Source: Rhynchopus sp. YZ270_cl-10
Taxonomy: Eukaryota
Assembly (NCBI GenBank): GCA_964035575.1
Contig: OZ037833.1
Coordinates: 310,001 to 374,000 of the forward strand
Direction of reading: 5' to 3'
DNA length: 64,000 nucleotides
The notes under the pieces were generated by a model. The model saw nothing but the letters and a program-made list of their open reading frames with translations, did not search any database and was not told the origin of the DNA. Shown here one piece after another: positions 13,901-24,846 of the stretch. Position 1 is the first letter of the stretch. Every line of letters starts with the position of its first letter. Both the position numbers and the translations under genes were made by a program.

Positions 13901-14737
13901 AGGGTCATTTCTTCCTATCACCCTCAGAGCGATCTCAAAAGGGCAGTTTACACCGTCACACACTTTCCCTAGAGAGTCGAATACTACACAACGTAGCGTT
14001 GTTTTGCCTTCAACGTTTTTTTTTAATGTAAAGTCAAGACTTCCGCGGCCGTTTGCGATGTTCAATCCGACGAGAGGTTCGTGGGGGACAAAAAAGGATT
14101 TGTCGGTGGCTTCGCATGCTCCTGAGAGGGTTTGTGATGATTCGTCGTATGCTGTGGAGGGGCCGGGAAGGACGTTGATGATGACGGGGGGGAGATTTGC
14201 TCCTGGGGAGTCTTCTTCGAGAGCAGTAGAGGTTGTTGTTATCATGCCGACGATAGGGGGGTCGTTGACCGCGACGACGGTAATCCAAAAGTTGCGTTGT
14301 GTCGGCCCATCGTTCCCAGAGTCGCTCACAACAACCGTCGCCTGCAATGCCTCGCCATTCGTGTTCGCGTTGTCCCGCAGCCCAAAGGAAAGCGTGCCCA
14401 CCGTGCCACTCAGTTTGATATGCGGTGCCACGCTGAACAGAGCGGACTCCCCTACCACCACCTCAATGCCAATCGACTGCGCCTCGTCATCACCAATTGC
14501 AGGCAGACCACTGCTGATTCCGGTCAAAAAATTGTTGAAGGTGCACACTAATGTCGCAGGGTTGCACTCTGCAGCAGGTTCCGCCGCGTCTTCGTGGACA
14601 ATAAGATTGATCCGCGTAAGCGAAAACGTTGGAGGGTTTCCAGCAGAGCACAGAGGGAGGGTCAGCAACAACACAACAATCAAACCGAACGGCACTGCAG
14701 AAACGGTGTGATGTCGATGCTGCCGAAAGGACTGCAT
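4960..14737 (-). CDS. Giant type I membrane protein (~3,142 aa) with cadherin-like and Cys-rich IPT/TIG-like repeats; exons 14737-5497 and 5147-4960
   Basis: Signal peptide after MQSFRQ, VAVNDPP/GRNDPP cadherin-like motifs, many lxIxGxNF...C...C modules, TM helix YWYILLLGAVALLGATFIAAFCLY. Intron 5148-5496 (GTATGT...TTCACAG) joins in phase to the ORF at 4960. Confidence 0.88.
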
Positions 14738-15801
14738 TGTGTGATGGGGTTGCAAAGGGATGCGAAAATTCAAGAAAAAAAAAGAGAGGGTGTGTGGGGG
14801 GGTGAGAGGAGGGGTGTGACCCAACACCCAACACCCAACACCTCTCGTTGTGTTGTGGCTCCCCCGCCCTGTCCTTGGTTGGTGTGGATATTTGGGAAGC
14901 GGGCTATGTAATTGTAGCGGGAGAAAGTGAGATAGAGAGGAGGCTATTTTTTTAACGTTGCAATTGTAAAAATCCATTTTGGAAAAGAAAAAAAAAAGTG
15001 ATGTAAAATAACTCATCCGCTGTCACATAAATCGATCAGATGCAAAATTCTAGGGAATAACTCATAGTTAGTCTACACAACAGACGGGTCAGGGGGGGAC
15101 TACTGCGCCCTGACAACTAGTTCTAAACTAGTTGTAAATCACTACACTCGTCCCCCTGACTGGTCCGCGGGGTACAAATATTTATGAATAAAACCTTCCT
15201 TTGAATTTTGCACCTCTGTCCAGCGTAAAAATGTGCAGGTTGAGAAGGTGGGTGGATGTGGTGGAAATTTGACCACAAAAAAAAAAAGCAAAACAATATT
15301 ACGAGGAACAAAAATTTGACTTGAAAAGAGAAGTTGAGCGCAGTGCAAAACATTTTTTTTTTCACCGTTCATCGGATCGGAGGCACTCAGCGTACCTTCG
15401 GTACACGCCACTCACTAATTTTCGACAACGCATTTTTTTTTTTGAGGAACAAAAGAAATATAAACACAAAAGCACTGCCACAGTGGGCAGCATTGCCTAT
15501 CACAATTCATCACAGGGTGGGTGAAAAAAAAGCACAACTACCCTCAATGAACGAAAACAATCACTTCACCTTGTTGTACTTTTTTATTACAAACATAACA
15601 AAAACCCCCAGCTGTATGGACACACGAAATACACAGGGAAACAAAAAGAACTTAGTCCACCTCCACCATGCATTTCCACCCCACCCACCCAGGTGGTCTT
15701 CAGAAAGAGAGAGAGAATCGTATCTTTCAAGCTACCAGGTACGTACAAACCACGACCTAGCCCGCTGTCCTTCACACCCTCAACAAAAAAAAACAAAAAT
15801 A

Positions 15802-15942
15802 TGGTGTTACCGAAAGGGCCCATATTGACAGGTCCTTGACATGTCCTTGACATGTCCCCGACAGTGGGGGGTGTGTTAAAATGACACTCCCCCTATATTG
15901 ACAGGTCCTTGACATGTCCTCGACAGGTGTTCGGTAACACCA
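15802..15942. mobile_element. 141-bp MITE with 13-bp TIR and 5-bp TSD
   Basis: TGGTGTTACCGAA...TTCGGTAACACCA flanked by AAATA/AAATA. The empty site CAAAAATAGTGCAAAAAA occurs in the paralogous repeat at ~21094. Confidence 0.75.
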
Positions 15943-16789
15943 AAATAGTGCAAAAAAAGAATTTTCCTTGAAATACAAAGCCCTCTCTCGCGGCAGTGTA
16001 CCAAAGAAGAGATACCGCCTCTGTGATGCAGACACCAAGGATATATGAAGAGCAGGGAGATAAATGAAAAAGTGAAAAAAGCTGGTAAGATGAGACCCTA
16101 CGGCTTAGAGCACAATATCAAGGTGCAGCGGGGCAAAGATGAATGTGTCCTCGAGCATAGACACAATATATCTCAAGAAATGCGAGGGAGGAAAAAATAA
16201 AAAAAATAAATTATAAGATGAACCTGAGCTTGTACTTAGTCACCTTAAAATAAAAATTGCAAAAGAGAAAGTGAAGTTGATAGTGCACAACGCTGGAAGG
16301 GCAGGCACCAAGCGCTCAGTAAAATCCATAAAAAAAAAATGAAGATTCTGAGCCTCTTATCTCTCACAGTATGATAAAACTGTATCTAAACAAAATAACA
16401 CTCCCAAGAAAAAGGCCACGTAAAATGCCTTGTAACGTCTCCTTGCTCTGGGAATGAATCAAGAAAGTCAAACCCTCTTGTTCAGTCAGAACGCTCTTTT
16501 CGCCCCCCTCACAACTAATAGGTGAACAAGAGAGAGGAGTGACGTATACTCGGCTAGGATCGTGACAAAAAAAAATCATTTCGCTTGGGGAGCATTGACG
16601 CGGCAAATAAAACAAAACAAACAAACAAGTAGTTGAAAACGTGCTAAAATTTAGTCGAGTTAGACAGGAACGCCGCAGGCTACACTTTCATTACCAACAT
16701 TTTTTTGGACACCTCTTTCCCAAAAAACAAAAGAGAAAAAAAGCACCCTAAAAAAAACCCCTTCATCGTTTTGCGGCGGGAAAAAAAAA

Positions 16790-18592
16790 TCAGTTCTTTT
16801 TTCTGAATTGGTTGACACTCTTGTGCATGCCGTCTTCTGGGGATGCCCATCTGTCGCCAAACTCTGCAATCGTTGGGTTTGCGTAATCTGTTGGTGCCGC
16901 GACGGGGAGGTTGAAGTAGTACCCGTGGTAGAGCGATGGCATGGCCTTGGTCACCAGGCGGTATGATAGGTACACAGACCACAGCATGTCGTACCTCTCA
17001 ATCTCTGCAGCCACCTCGTCGTCGTGCCCGCCTTCTGTTCCTAAGAGCATAATCTTCCAGCCGGACTCAATGATCTCAGCAAAGGTCTTCCCGTACATGA
17101 CAGAATTCTTCAAAAACAGTCCGTTCTTAGTGTCGTTCGACGCCATCACAATCGCATGCAAGGTCTTGCTAATCGCGCTGATCTCCCCCCAAAGCTTCAC
17201 AGACAACGCTTTGTTCGCAAGCGACTCATTCACCTTCTTCTCATCAAGGATCGCCTTAAAGGCTCCACCTACCTGGGACAGCCCGCCTAGTCTGTCATCG
17301 CGGGTCCAGCCCCAGCATTTTCCTGCAACTTCAGGGCAGTAGTGTGAGTAGAGCATTGCTTCGGCTGAGAGCAGAGAGATGTTGTAAAGCAGATCACACC
17401 CATGGGAGTTGGGCCCGCCAGCCCCGGGAAGTGCGTACGGGCAGGCGTGCTGCTTGAAGATGTCTTTCTCGGAGACCGCGCCGTCCTCGGTGAACCATTT
17501 GCTCACAGTGGCGACGTGGAGGTCGATCCACAGCTCGTTCCCCTTGATGTAGGGTCCCCACCAGCCACCTCCGCGGGACCACGTCCAGACACCCTTGACA
17601 AGAGGGTTGGAGGGGATTAAGTTCTGCAGGCCCATCTTCGTGGACATCTCAGAGAAGCCGTTGATGACACCGTTCATCACGTAGTTTGGGAAGGCGCCTT
17701 TGCCTTCGTACTCCCGTTGGCATTCGACCTCGACGATTTGGGCGTGCTCGCCGACACCGAGTTGGTGGTTGAAGGCCATGTTTCTGTAAAAGTCTCCGGC
17801 AGTGTGTTTGATGGAGATGTAAAGGTTGTCGTGTGGGGCGACCTGCGACATCACTGCAAGGTAGTACTCACTGGAGGAGGTCCAGCCGTCGAAGTTGTCC
17901 CAGGTGCGGAACAGCACTGTCTTCCCAAGCTTCACGCAGACCTCGTCCCTGAGGAAGGTGATGAAGTCTGCCCACGCCTTTTGCTGCTCCGTTTTGGTGG
18001 GGCCTGCGGTTTTGATGGGGCTGTTCCCAACGTGGAAAGGGTTTTCGTAGACGTAGGTTTCTCCAGTCCGCACGACGATGCCTTCCGTTGCAGGGTACAA
18101 AGCGAACATCTCTGTGAACTGTGCAATCATGAGCTGTTTTGTCAATGGTTTGTTGAAGTCGATGAGGCCGTTCGTCATGACCTGGTCGGTGTACGTCGCG
18201 TTCTCGGTGATCGCCTTCGGCAGAACGAGAAGGTCTGTGAAGAAGAAGGTGCCAAGACCGTTCGATGTGACGCCGGACGACCAGTCGCGCAGCATGGTTT
18301 GGTACTCGGTGAGCCACGCAGTGCGGGGGGAGCCTTCGGGGAAGACCCACCCGCCAGGAAGCACGCTCGAATAGTTCACGGCCAGGCTGATCGAGTTTTC
18401 CCCGGTAGTGACAACGCCGGTAAAGCCGAGCCCCTTCTGCGTGGCGGAGTCGGTGTATTTGCTCTCCTGGAAGCCCATCGCGTCGCCGGGGTTGTTCTGC
18501 ACCATGTCGAGCAGCAGCTTGCGGTTACCAGGTGCACTCTGCGCACTGTGTGCGAGGCACATAAGCATGACAGGGGCGAACATGGTCCGCAT
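16790..18592 (-). CDS. Secreted glycoside-hydrolase-like protein (600 aa)
   Basis: Intronless ORF with strong GC3 bias and signal peptide. Motifs VVRTGE, FRTWD, SIKHTAGDF, EVECQREYEGKG and WTWSRGGGWWGP resemble bacterial carbohydrate-active barrel proteins; exact family not assigned. Confidence 0.7.
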   Translation of the reverse strand: MRTMFAPVMLMCLAHSAQSAPGNRKLLLDMVQNNPGDAMGFQESKYTDSATQKGLGFTGVVTTGENSISLAVNYSSVLPGGWVFPEGSPRTAWLTEYQTMLRDWSSGVTSNGLGTFFFTDLLVLPKAITENATYTDQVMTNGLIDFNKPLTKQLMIAQFTEMFALYPATEGIVVRTGETYVYENPFHVGNSPIKTAGPTKTEQQKAWADFITFLRDEVCVKLGKTVLFRTWDNFDGWTSSSEYYLAVMSQVAPHDNLYISIKHTAGDFYRNMAFNHQLGVGEHAQIVEVECQREYEGKGAFPNYVMNGVINGFSEMSTKMGLQNLIPSNPLVKGVWTWSRGGGWWGPYIKGNELWIDLHVATVSKWFTEDGAVSEKDIFKQHACPYALPGAGGPNSHGCDLLYNISLLSAEAMLYSHYCPEVAGKCWGWTRDDRLGGLSQVGGAFKAILDEKKVNESLANKALSVKLWGEISAISKTLHAIVMASNDTKNGLFLKNSVMYGKTFAEIIESGWKIMLLGTEGGHDDEVAAEIERYDMLWSVYLSYRLVTKAMPSLYHGYYFNLPVAAPTDYANPTIAEFGDRWASPEDGMHKSVNQFRKKN

Positions 18593-19605
18593 AGTGGTGG
18601 CTGTTAGAGGTGTTGCAGATGAAGGGGTCGTCTGTGAAGGGTGTGGGTGTGTTTGAGAACAGGTGTGTGTTATCCCTAGGAGTCGGAATGGGATGTTGTG
18701 GCTGAAGGGGGGGGGGGGTTAGGTGGGGGCAAAACCCCTATTTTTTTGAAGCATTTCGATTTTTTTGGATTTACGCGCAAAGTACCCACAAACCACCGAA
18801 AATTTCGGGTCAGAGATGGTTTTGGGGTGTGGTTTTGGGGTGTTCTATAGGTGAGACACCCCAGAGATACAAAACAATGGAAAAAAATAGCAAAAATAGA
18901 CCATTTTGGCCGTTTGGGCCATTTTGGTCAAAATGGCCATTTTTGACCAATATTTCAAAAAAAAAAAACTATCTGGGTTCCCGGAGTGCTTTTTCGGGGG
19001 TTTTCACTCTTTTTTGGCCCAGAGGGGGTCCAAAAGCAGGGCGCAAGTCGCGGCCCAGGGACGTCCAGGGTAAAGTCCAGGGTATTTTTTGACCTCAATA
19101 ACTTAGAACGTGTTTTTTTCTCATAAGAAGCTGGTTACTGTACAGTAAAAAATATGGGAACGTTTTCCGAACACGTCGCGTGTCTCAATAGGTTAGAAAA
19201 AATGGGAAGTGAGAACCACACAAGAAAAGAGAAAAGGGACGGGGGTGGGGGAAAAGAAACGTTGACACATAAAGTGAAGTTGCAAACGCCTCTGGGACGC
19301 AGGCATAAAGCCACCTAAGTGTCTCGTGGGAACTAAAGGGTTTAATCGCATTTTTGGTCCACAAAACCCGGACATAGTAATCCCGTTCTTCAAATGTATG
19401 CTCCACAAATATCTGCTCCACTTCTCAAGTTCTGCCTTGAGACGCTTGTACTCTGCCGCCAACTGCAAGTTCTGAGTGACGATTTTCGTTCATCCGCATC
19501 GCCAAGTTGTGCTCCTCCCATATCTTATGCATATCAGCCTGCAGGTCTTACTGTGTCCGTGCTGCTGGCTCTGCTGGTTGCGGCACCATCGGCTTCGCCA
19601 TCATA

Positions 19606-20895
19606 TCATGCGTCAACTTCTTCTATTCCACTGTCGACAACGATGTGCACGTTGCTAGGAAGCCGTCCAGCCAAAGTGTCTGCTTGCATGCTGGTGAGGT
19701 GAACAGTCGACAACGCTGTGCAACTAAATAAGAAGCAGTCCCCGATCGAAGTGACTGCTTGCATGCCTGTGAGGTCAACAGTCGACAATGCTCTGCAATT
19801 ATGTAAGAGGAAGTCCCCGATCGAAGTGACTGCTTTCATGCTGGTGAAATCAACAGTCGACAACGTCCTGCAATTACTTAAGAAGTAGCTCCCGATCGAA
19901 GTGACTGCTTGTAGGCCTGAGAGGTCAACAGTCGACAACGCCTCGCAATTACGTAAGAAGCCGTGACCGATCGAAGTGACTGCTTGCATGCCTGTGAGGT
20001 CAACAGTCGACAATGCTCTGCAATTATGTAAGAAGAAGTCCCCGATCGAAGTGACTGCTTTCATGACTGTGAAATCAACAGTCGACAACGTCCTGCAATT
20101 ACTTAAGAAGTAGCTCCCGATCGAAGTGACTGCTTGCATGCCTGTGAGGTCAACAGTCGACAACGTCTCGCAATTAGATAGGCAGTCGTCCCCGATCGAA
20201 GTGACTGCTTTCATACCTGTGAAAGCAGCAGTCGACAATGCTGTGCAATCAGTTAGGAAGCAGTCCCCGATCGAAGTGACTGCTTGCAGACCTGTGAGGT
20301 CAACAGTCGACAACGATGTGCACTTATATAAGAAGCCGTCCCTGATCGAAGTGACTGCTTGTAGGCCTGAGAGGTCAACAGTCGACAACATTGTACAGTC
20401 AGTTAGGAACCGGCGCCCAATTGCGGTGACGAAGGGCAACCTTGGTAGGTCCAGTATGGTGTCGCAGTGAGGAAGGGAAGTGTCACGAATGTCAGCCACA
20501 CTCGACACGCAACTGGAACCAATGCACGTTACTGCACTATTCTCGAAGAAGAAGTCATCTGGGATCGCAGTCACAACTTCTGCCTGCAGAAGCAAGGAAG
20601 CCACCTTCGGATCGGTCACCTCCTTCAACCTTTCATCTGTGATGTTGGTCTCACCCAGTGCATGAAGTGCTGCTATGGCCTCGTATTTCGTCGTTTTCGT
20701 CAGTACTACTTTGTCCCCAGCACTCAGTTCTGTGATGTCCTCCCCTTCCTCCTTCCCTCCGAAGCCCATATGAAAGCTGTCTTCGGCCAACCCCGTTGCT
20801 GTCGCCACCTTCCGACGCAGGGCCTCCGTTGTGTCATCCTCACCCACCTCGATCACATGCTCCGTTTCGTCATACCCCTGTATCGTCACATCCAT
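19606..20895 (-). CDS. Ubiquitin-like + LRR (BspA-like) protein, copy 2, ~10 repeats of 25 aa
   Basis: UBL N-terminus, then 75-bp repeats LxxCxxLSTVDLTGMQAVTSIGxxF; intact ORF. Confidence 0.88.
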   Translation of the reverse strand: MDVTIQGYDETEHVIEVGEDDTTEALRRKVATATGLAEDSFHMGFGGKEEGEDITELSAGDKVVLTKTTKYEAIAALHALGETNITDERLKEVTDPKVASLLLQAEVVTAIPDDFFFENSAVTCIGSSCVSSVADIRDTSLPHCDTILDLPRLPFVTAIGRRFLTDCTMLSTVDLSGLQAVTSIRDGFLYKCTSLSTVDLTGLQAVTSIGDCFLTDCTALSTAAFTGMKAVTSIGDDCLSNCETLSTVDLTGMQAVTSIGSYFLSNCRTLSTVDFTVMKAVTSIGDFFLHNCRALSTVDLTGMQAVTSIGHGFLRNCEALSTVDLSGLQAVTSIGSYFLSNCRTLSTVDFTSMKAVTSIGDFLLHNCRALSTVDLTGMQAVTSIGDCFLFSCTALSTVHLTSMQADTLAGRLPSNVHIVVDSGIEEVDA

Positions 20896-21994
20896 TTTTT
20901 GTGTCTTTCTCTGTTTGTGGTGTTGTGGGATCAGGGAAGAAAAAAGGGAACCCAACTCCCCCATCGCCAACTAGTTGCTCTGTAACCGCACGCAGCCCAG
21001 AGAGAGAGACAATACGTTCAAGATATATAGTACCTGCCAGGTCGCAAACCACTACCTAGCCTAGCCCGCTGTCCTGCACCTTCAAGAAAAAAACAAAAAT
21101 AGTGCAAAAAAGAATTTTCTTTGAAATAAAGGGGGGGTCCAAATAACTATATTATTCTGGTGTGGCTGTATAGGGCTAGGGTGTATACCCTAGAAGGACC
21201 CAAGAAGTACCCAATTTACCCCTAATTTTAAGGGGGGGGGTGCAAAAATTATTTTGTGTATTTTTTTTTTGGTGGTTTTTTGTGGACAGAAATTTTCCCC
21301 CAGAAATTTTCACCCCAAAAAATCAAAAAAAAATAAAAAAATATTTCAGTGCTCCGGAGCCTCTGCGTGCTGTGATGGGGTCACTTTGTGCTCAGAACTG
21401 AGTATTTTTGACCTAAAATGCATGTATCAGTTTTTACAGCCATTTTCAGGTTTTGTGTGTAATATATGGTCAGTACTTGACCACTGAGGGTAAAGTGCAA
21501 AGTAAACGTGGGGGCAGTTTGCATAGCTGCGAACTTTGCTGCGCGTTGTGACCCCCACAATTTGACGGTAGGAGCTCGTAGAACCCAACGAGGAGTGAGA
21601 AAAAGATACGTCGAAAGAATAAAAGTAGCGTACCGTGCGCCTGCGGCGCAAGCTTTGCAACCCACCCCACCCATGACATAGTTTGGCTGCAGCAACCTGA
21701 ACACCTGGTAGTGGTCGTCGCAGGCCACTGTCGTCTCGGACCCCCCCATATTCGACCATCATCCCACGATTTCCCAAAAACCCAAAAGTTAGCGTCAGGC
21801 CTGGTCATGACAGGTAAAATGCACTAGGGGACTGGTGGGCACTAGGTACTAGGTACTGGGTACTGTGTACTGGGTACCAACCCCGGATTTTGAGAAAATT
21901 TCCACCACCGAACACGTGGGGCTCTCGGATGTACCAACTTTTTGCGAAAACAAGGCTACTAACCACAGGGAAAGCTCGGGAAAAAGATCACGTT

Positions 21995-22309
21995 TTCCTT
22001 ACTGGGGGGGGGCGAATAAGAGATGTGGCATCTCTTATTAGGCGAACGGACAAGCCAAAAATAAGAAATTTTTTTTGGGGAAAAAAATGCAAAAAAACAT
22101 TTTCGCCGGAGGCAAAAAAATTTTTTTGACCACTTTTTTGCCAGATCGGGTAGACAGGGTAAAATTTCAAAATGTTTTTTCAAGATAAAACCCTGGTGCA
22201 TGCAAAAAAAAAAAAAAAAAAATACCCCCAAAATCTCAACCTGATCTCTTATTCGGCCCTAATCTCTTATTCACCCCTGATCTCTTATTCGCCCCCCCCC
22301 AGTAAGGAA
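21995..22309. mobile_element. MITE with ~30-bp TIRs
   Basis: TTCCTTACTGGGGGGGGGCGAATAAGAGAT ... ATCTCTTATTCGCCCCCCCCCAGTAAGGAA, with internal ATCTCTTATT subrepeats. TSD not resolved. Confidence 0.65.
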
Positions 22310-22439
22310 GTGCCCTAAGGAAAATCACTATACCCTAGAAGGACCCAAGAAGTACCCAATTTACACCTAATTTTTAGGAAAATCACACCATATTCGGTAA
22401 CTTTGTAAAGCCAAAATCGCGACAAAAAAAACAAGTAAT

Positions 22440-23373
22440 CAGGCCTAATGCTAACTTTGGGGGAGGGGGGGAAAAAGTGAACCGACGGAAAAAAAAAAAA
22501 ACCAAAAAAACAAATTCCTCCCCTCCTCCGGGAAGGGGTCCAGGGTTTTCGCTTATCTTCATGAAAAAAAATTTTCCCCAAAATCGTGAAGATATGTCCA
22601 AAAAGGGGTCAAAAAATTTTTTTCCGCGCTCCGTGCGAAAAGGTCCGTTCATTTCGCGTAAATACGTGATGACGTGGGATGGTAACGTACATCAAGAACC
22701 AAACCAACCCTTTTCTCACGTTTTTCCACGTCAAGCCCTCGCATTAGGTTCTCTCTTGTGAACGAAACCTTCCCTCAGGACAAGAAGAAACGGCGGTTGA
22801 TATCAAAACTTTCTGGCGAAGCCACGGTACGCAACATTTCAAAATTTGTGACCTAAAACCGAACATTTTTAGGTAGAGGTCTGTGGGCTGCCAGTTTTTG
22901 AGCTGCGCCGCAGGCGCACGGTACGCTACTTTTTTAATTTTTGCCGGCAAGGGGGGTGCATCATTGAGTCCCTGAAACAAGTCTCCATCGTCACCGCCAC
23001 CGCCATCGCAATCGCCATCTTCGCTTTCCTCTTTAACATCAACAGATGCAACACTGCTCTCTGTATCTTCAGAGATCAGAACTTCTCCAACACTCGATGT
23101 CTTGTCGACTGACAGACCCTCCTCCTCCTCGAACCCAGTGGTGGGGGCCGCAGTATGCACTGCTGTGTCCTTCTTTTAATCTCCCTTCCTCCTGAAGATG
23201 CGGGCGCAGGTGCCCACATCTCCAGGACCAAGGTACCCACGGCATACCACAGGCAGAGAACCCCCCATCCCAAAAAACCCCCATTTTTAAGGGTGAACCG
23301 ACGAACCAACGGATAAATAAAAAAAATAATAAATAAAAGTGAACCGACGAACCAACGGTTAGCATTAGGCCTG
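22440..23373. mobile_element. Non-autonomous hAT-type element (16-bp TIR, 8-bp TSD)
   Basis: CAGGCCTAATGCTAAC...GTTAGCATTAGGCCTG flanked by CAAGTAAT on both sides. The empty site ACAAGTAATTGCTATCGG is present at ~53611. Confidence 0.9.
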
Positions 23374-24190
23374 CAAGTAATTGCTATCGGAAAAAAAAAA
23401 AAAAAAACGGGGTGTGATGTGGAACTCCATCCTGTAGAAATAATCTACAACACGCCCAGCATTCTGCTCTTCTGTAGGTATGTTAACGCTCTTCGTACGC
23501 TGCCAGACCCACTGGGACGCCAGTATCTGAAATGTTCAAGAAGGGGGGCTGTCCTCTTCGTCCAGCACCATCTGCTCGATAGCGTTGTTGGACGTCGGCT
23601 CGGCGTGTTCCAGCTCGTTTTTGTCCACAGGGTCCCCACATTGTCGTCGTCGTTGGAGCAGTGCGGAAGGAACACAGAATGCACAGACTACAACATATCG
23701 ATCACACCAGGCGCATCAGCACCTCCAGCAAATCGCCAGGATGCTACGGTGGTTTCGAAAATCGCGCGGAGTTTTCCACAGCACACCCCATTTTTCCTTA
23801 GCAATTACTTGTCCTTGTTGCTATTGTTGTTTTCAACCACCTTCCTTCAACCCTTGTAGGGATCATTTGTTATTTTTTTCGCGAAAACATGAAATTACAC
23901 ATGTCAAGAGAACAAAAAAGGGTCCTTATTTGCATTTTTGGGATTCACCCGTGCAGTGGTGGGGTCAATCTCGAAAATTGGACAATTTTTTGACCACTTA
24001 AATTTTGAGAAATATGAGCCCGGTTCCTTATACGTGGGGCCCATTTTCAGCTAAAATTTTCCTCAAAATCTGGTTTTGTAAAATTGACCCTTTCCCCCCC
24101 CCACATCGATTTCAATACTATACCTTACTTCACCTACGGTTGCCCTTACAGGGGGGGGTGAAGGAAGGTAAGTTGAAAAGTTATTTGGGA
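23374..24190. repeat. Dispersed ~800-bp repeat family
   Basis: Inverted homologue at ~57130-57995; partial copies at ~31835-32180 and ~53600-53750. Confidence 0.8.
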
Positions 24191-24846
24191 AAATAGCTAT
24201 TATTTGGGGGTAAACTTATTCGGGCCCCCCCTTTACAAAGCCCTCTCTCGCGGCAGTGTACCAAAGAAGAGATACCGCCTCTGTGACGCAGACACCAAGG
24301 ATATATGAAGAGCAGGAGATAAATGAAAAAGTGAAAAAAGCTGGTAAGATGAGACCCTACGGCTTAGAGCACAATATCAGGTGCAGCGGGGCAAAGATGA
24401 ATGTGTCCTCGAGCATAGACACATCTAAAAAAATGCAACTTGACCAAAGTAAAAAGCAGGTCACTTTTAAAAATGACCCACCGTTGCAGTGCCCCCCCCT
24501 GCTTAGATAGAAGACGCATTGATGTTGTGGGAAATAAGGAGGAAGACCTTTTTTTTTTATTTTTTTTGAAACATTTTTCGTTGTTTTTTTGCTATTTTTG
24601 TTACTTTTTTTTTAGTCAGTTTCAAGAAACCCCACGGTGCAGGGGGGAGTTAAAGAAAAATACTGCAAAATATTGCAGCTTTTTCTGTTTGTTTTTGTTG
24701 TGTCGACAATCACCTAAGGACCCACTTGGGGAACCTAGGGTCTGCACTCAATGGCCGAAGCCTTTGTACTACGGAAGGTATTTTTTTCCCCCCCTTTTGC
24801 TGTCATTTTTTGTCTTCTTTTTTCTTGAAAATGGGTTACGTTATAA

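Noticed and set aside
14738..15016. N-terminal 93 aa of the 3189-aa ORF
   Set aside because: Low-complexity UTR-like sequence; the signal peptide follows the ATG at 14737.
17717..18607. 296-aa plus-strand ORF (similarly 13551-14711, 28211-28714, 34543-35046)
   Set aside because: Antisense shadows of codon-biased minus-strand genes.
22744..23160. Acidic 138-aa ORF
   Set aside because: Lies inside a hAT MITE, runs into dispersed repeat sequence, and has a non-ATG start; at most a captured fragment.
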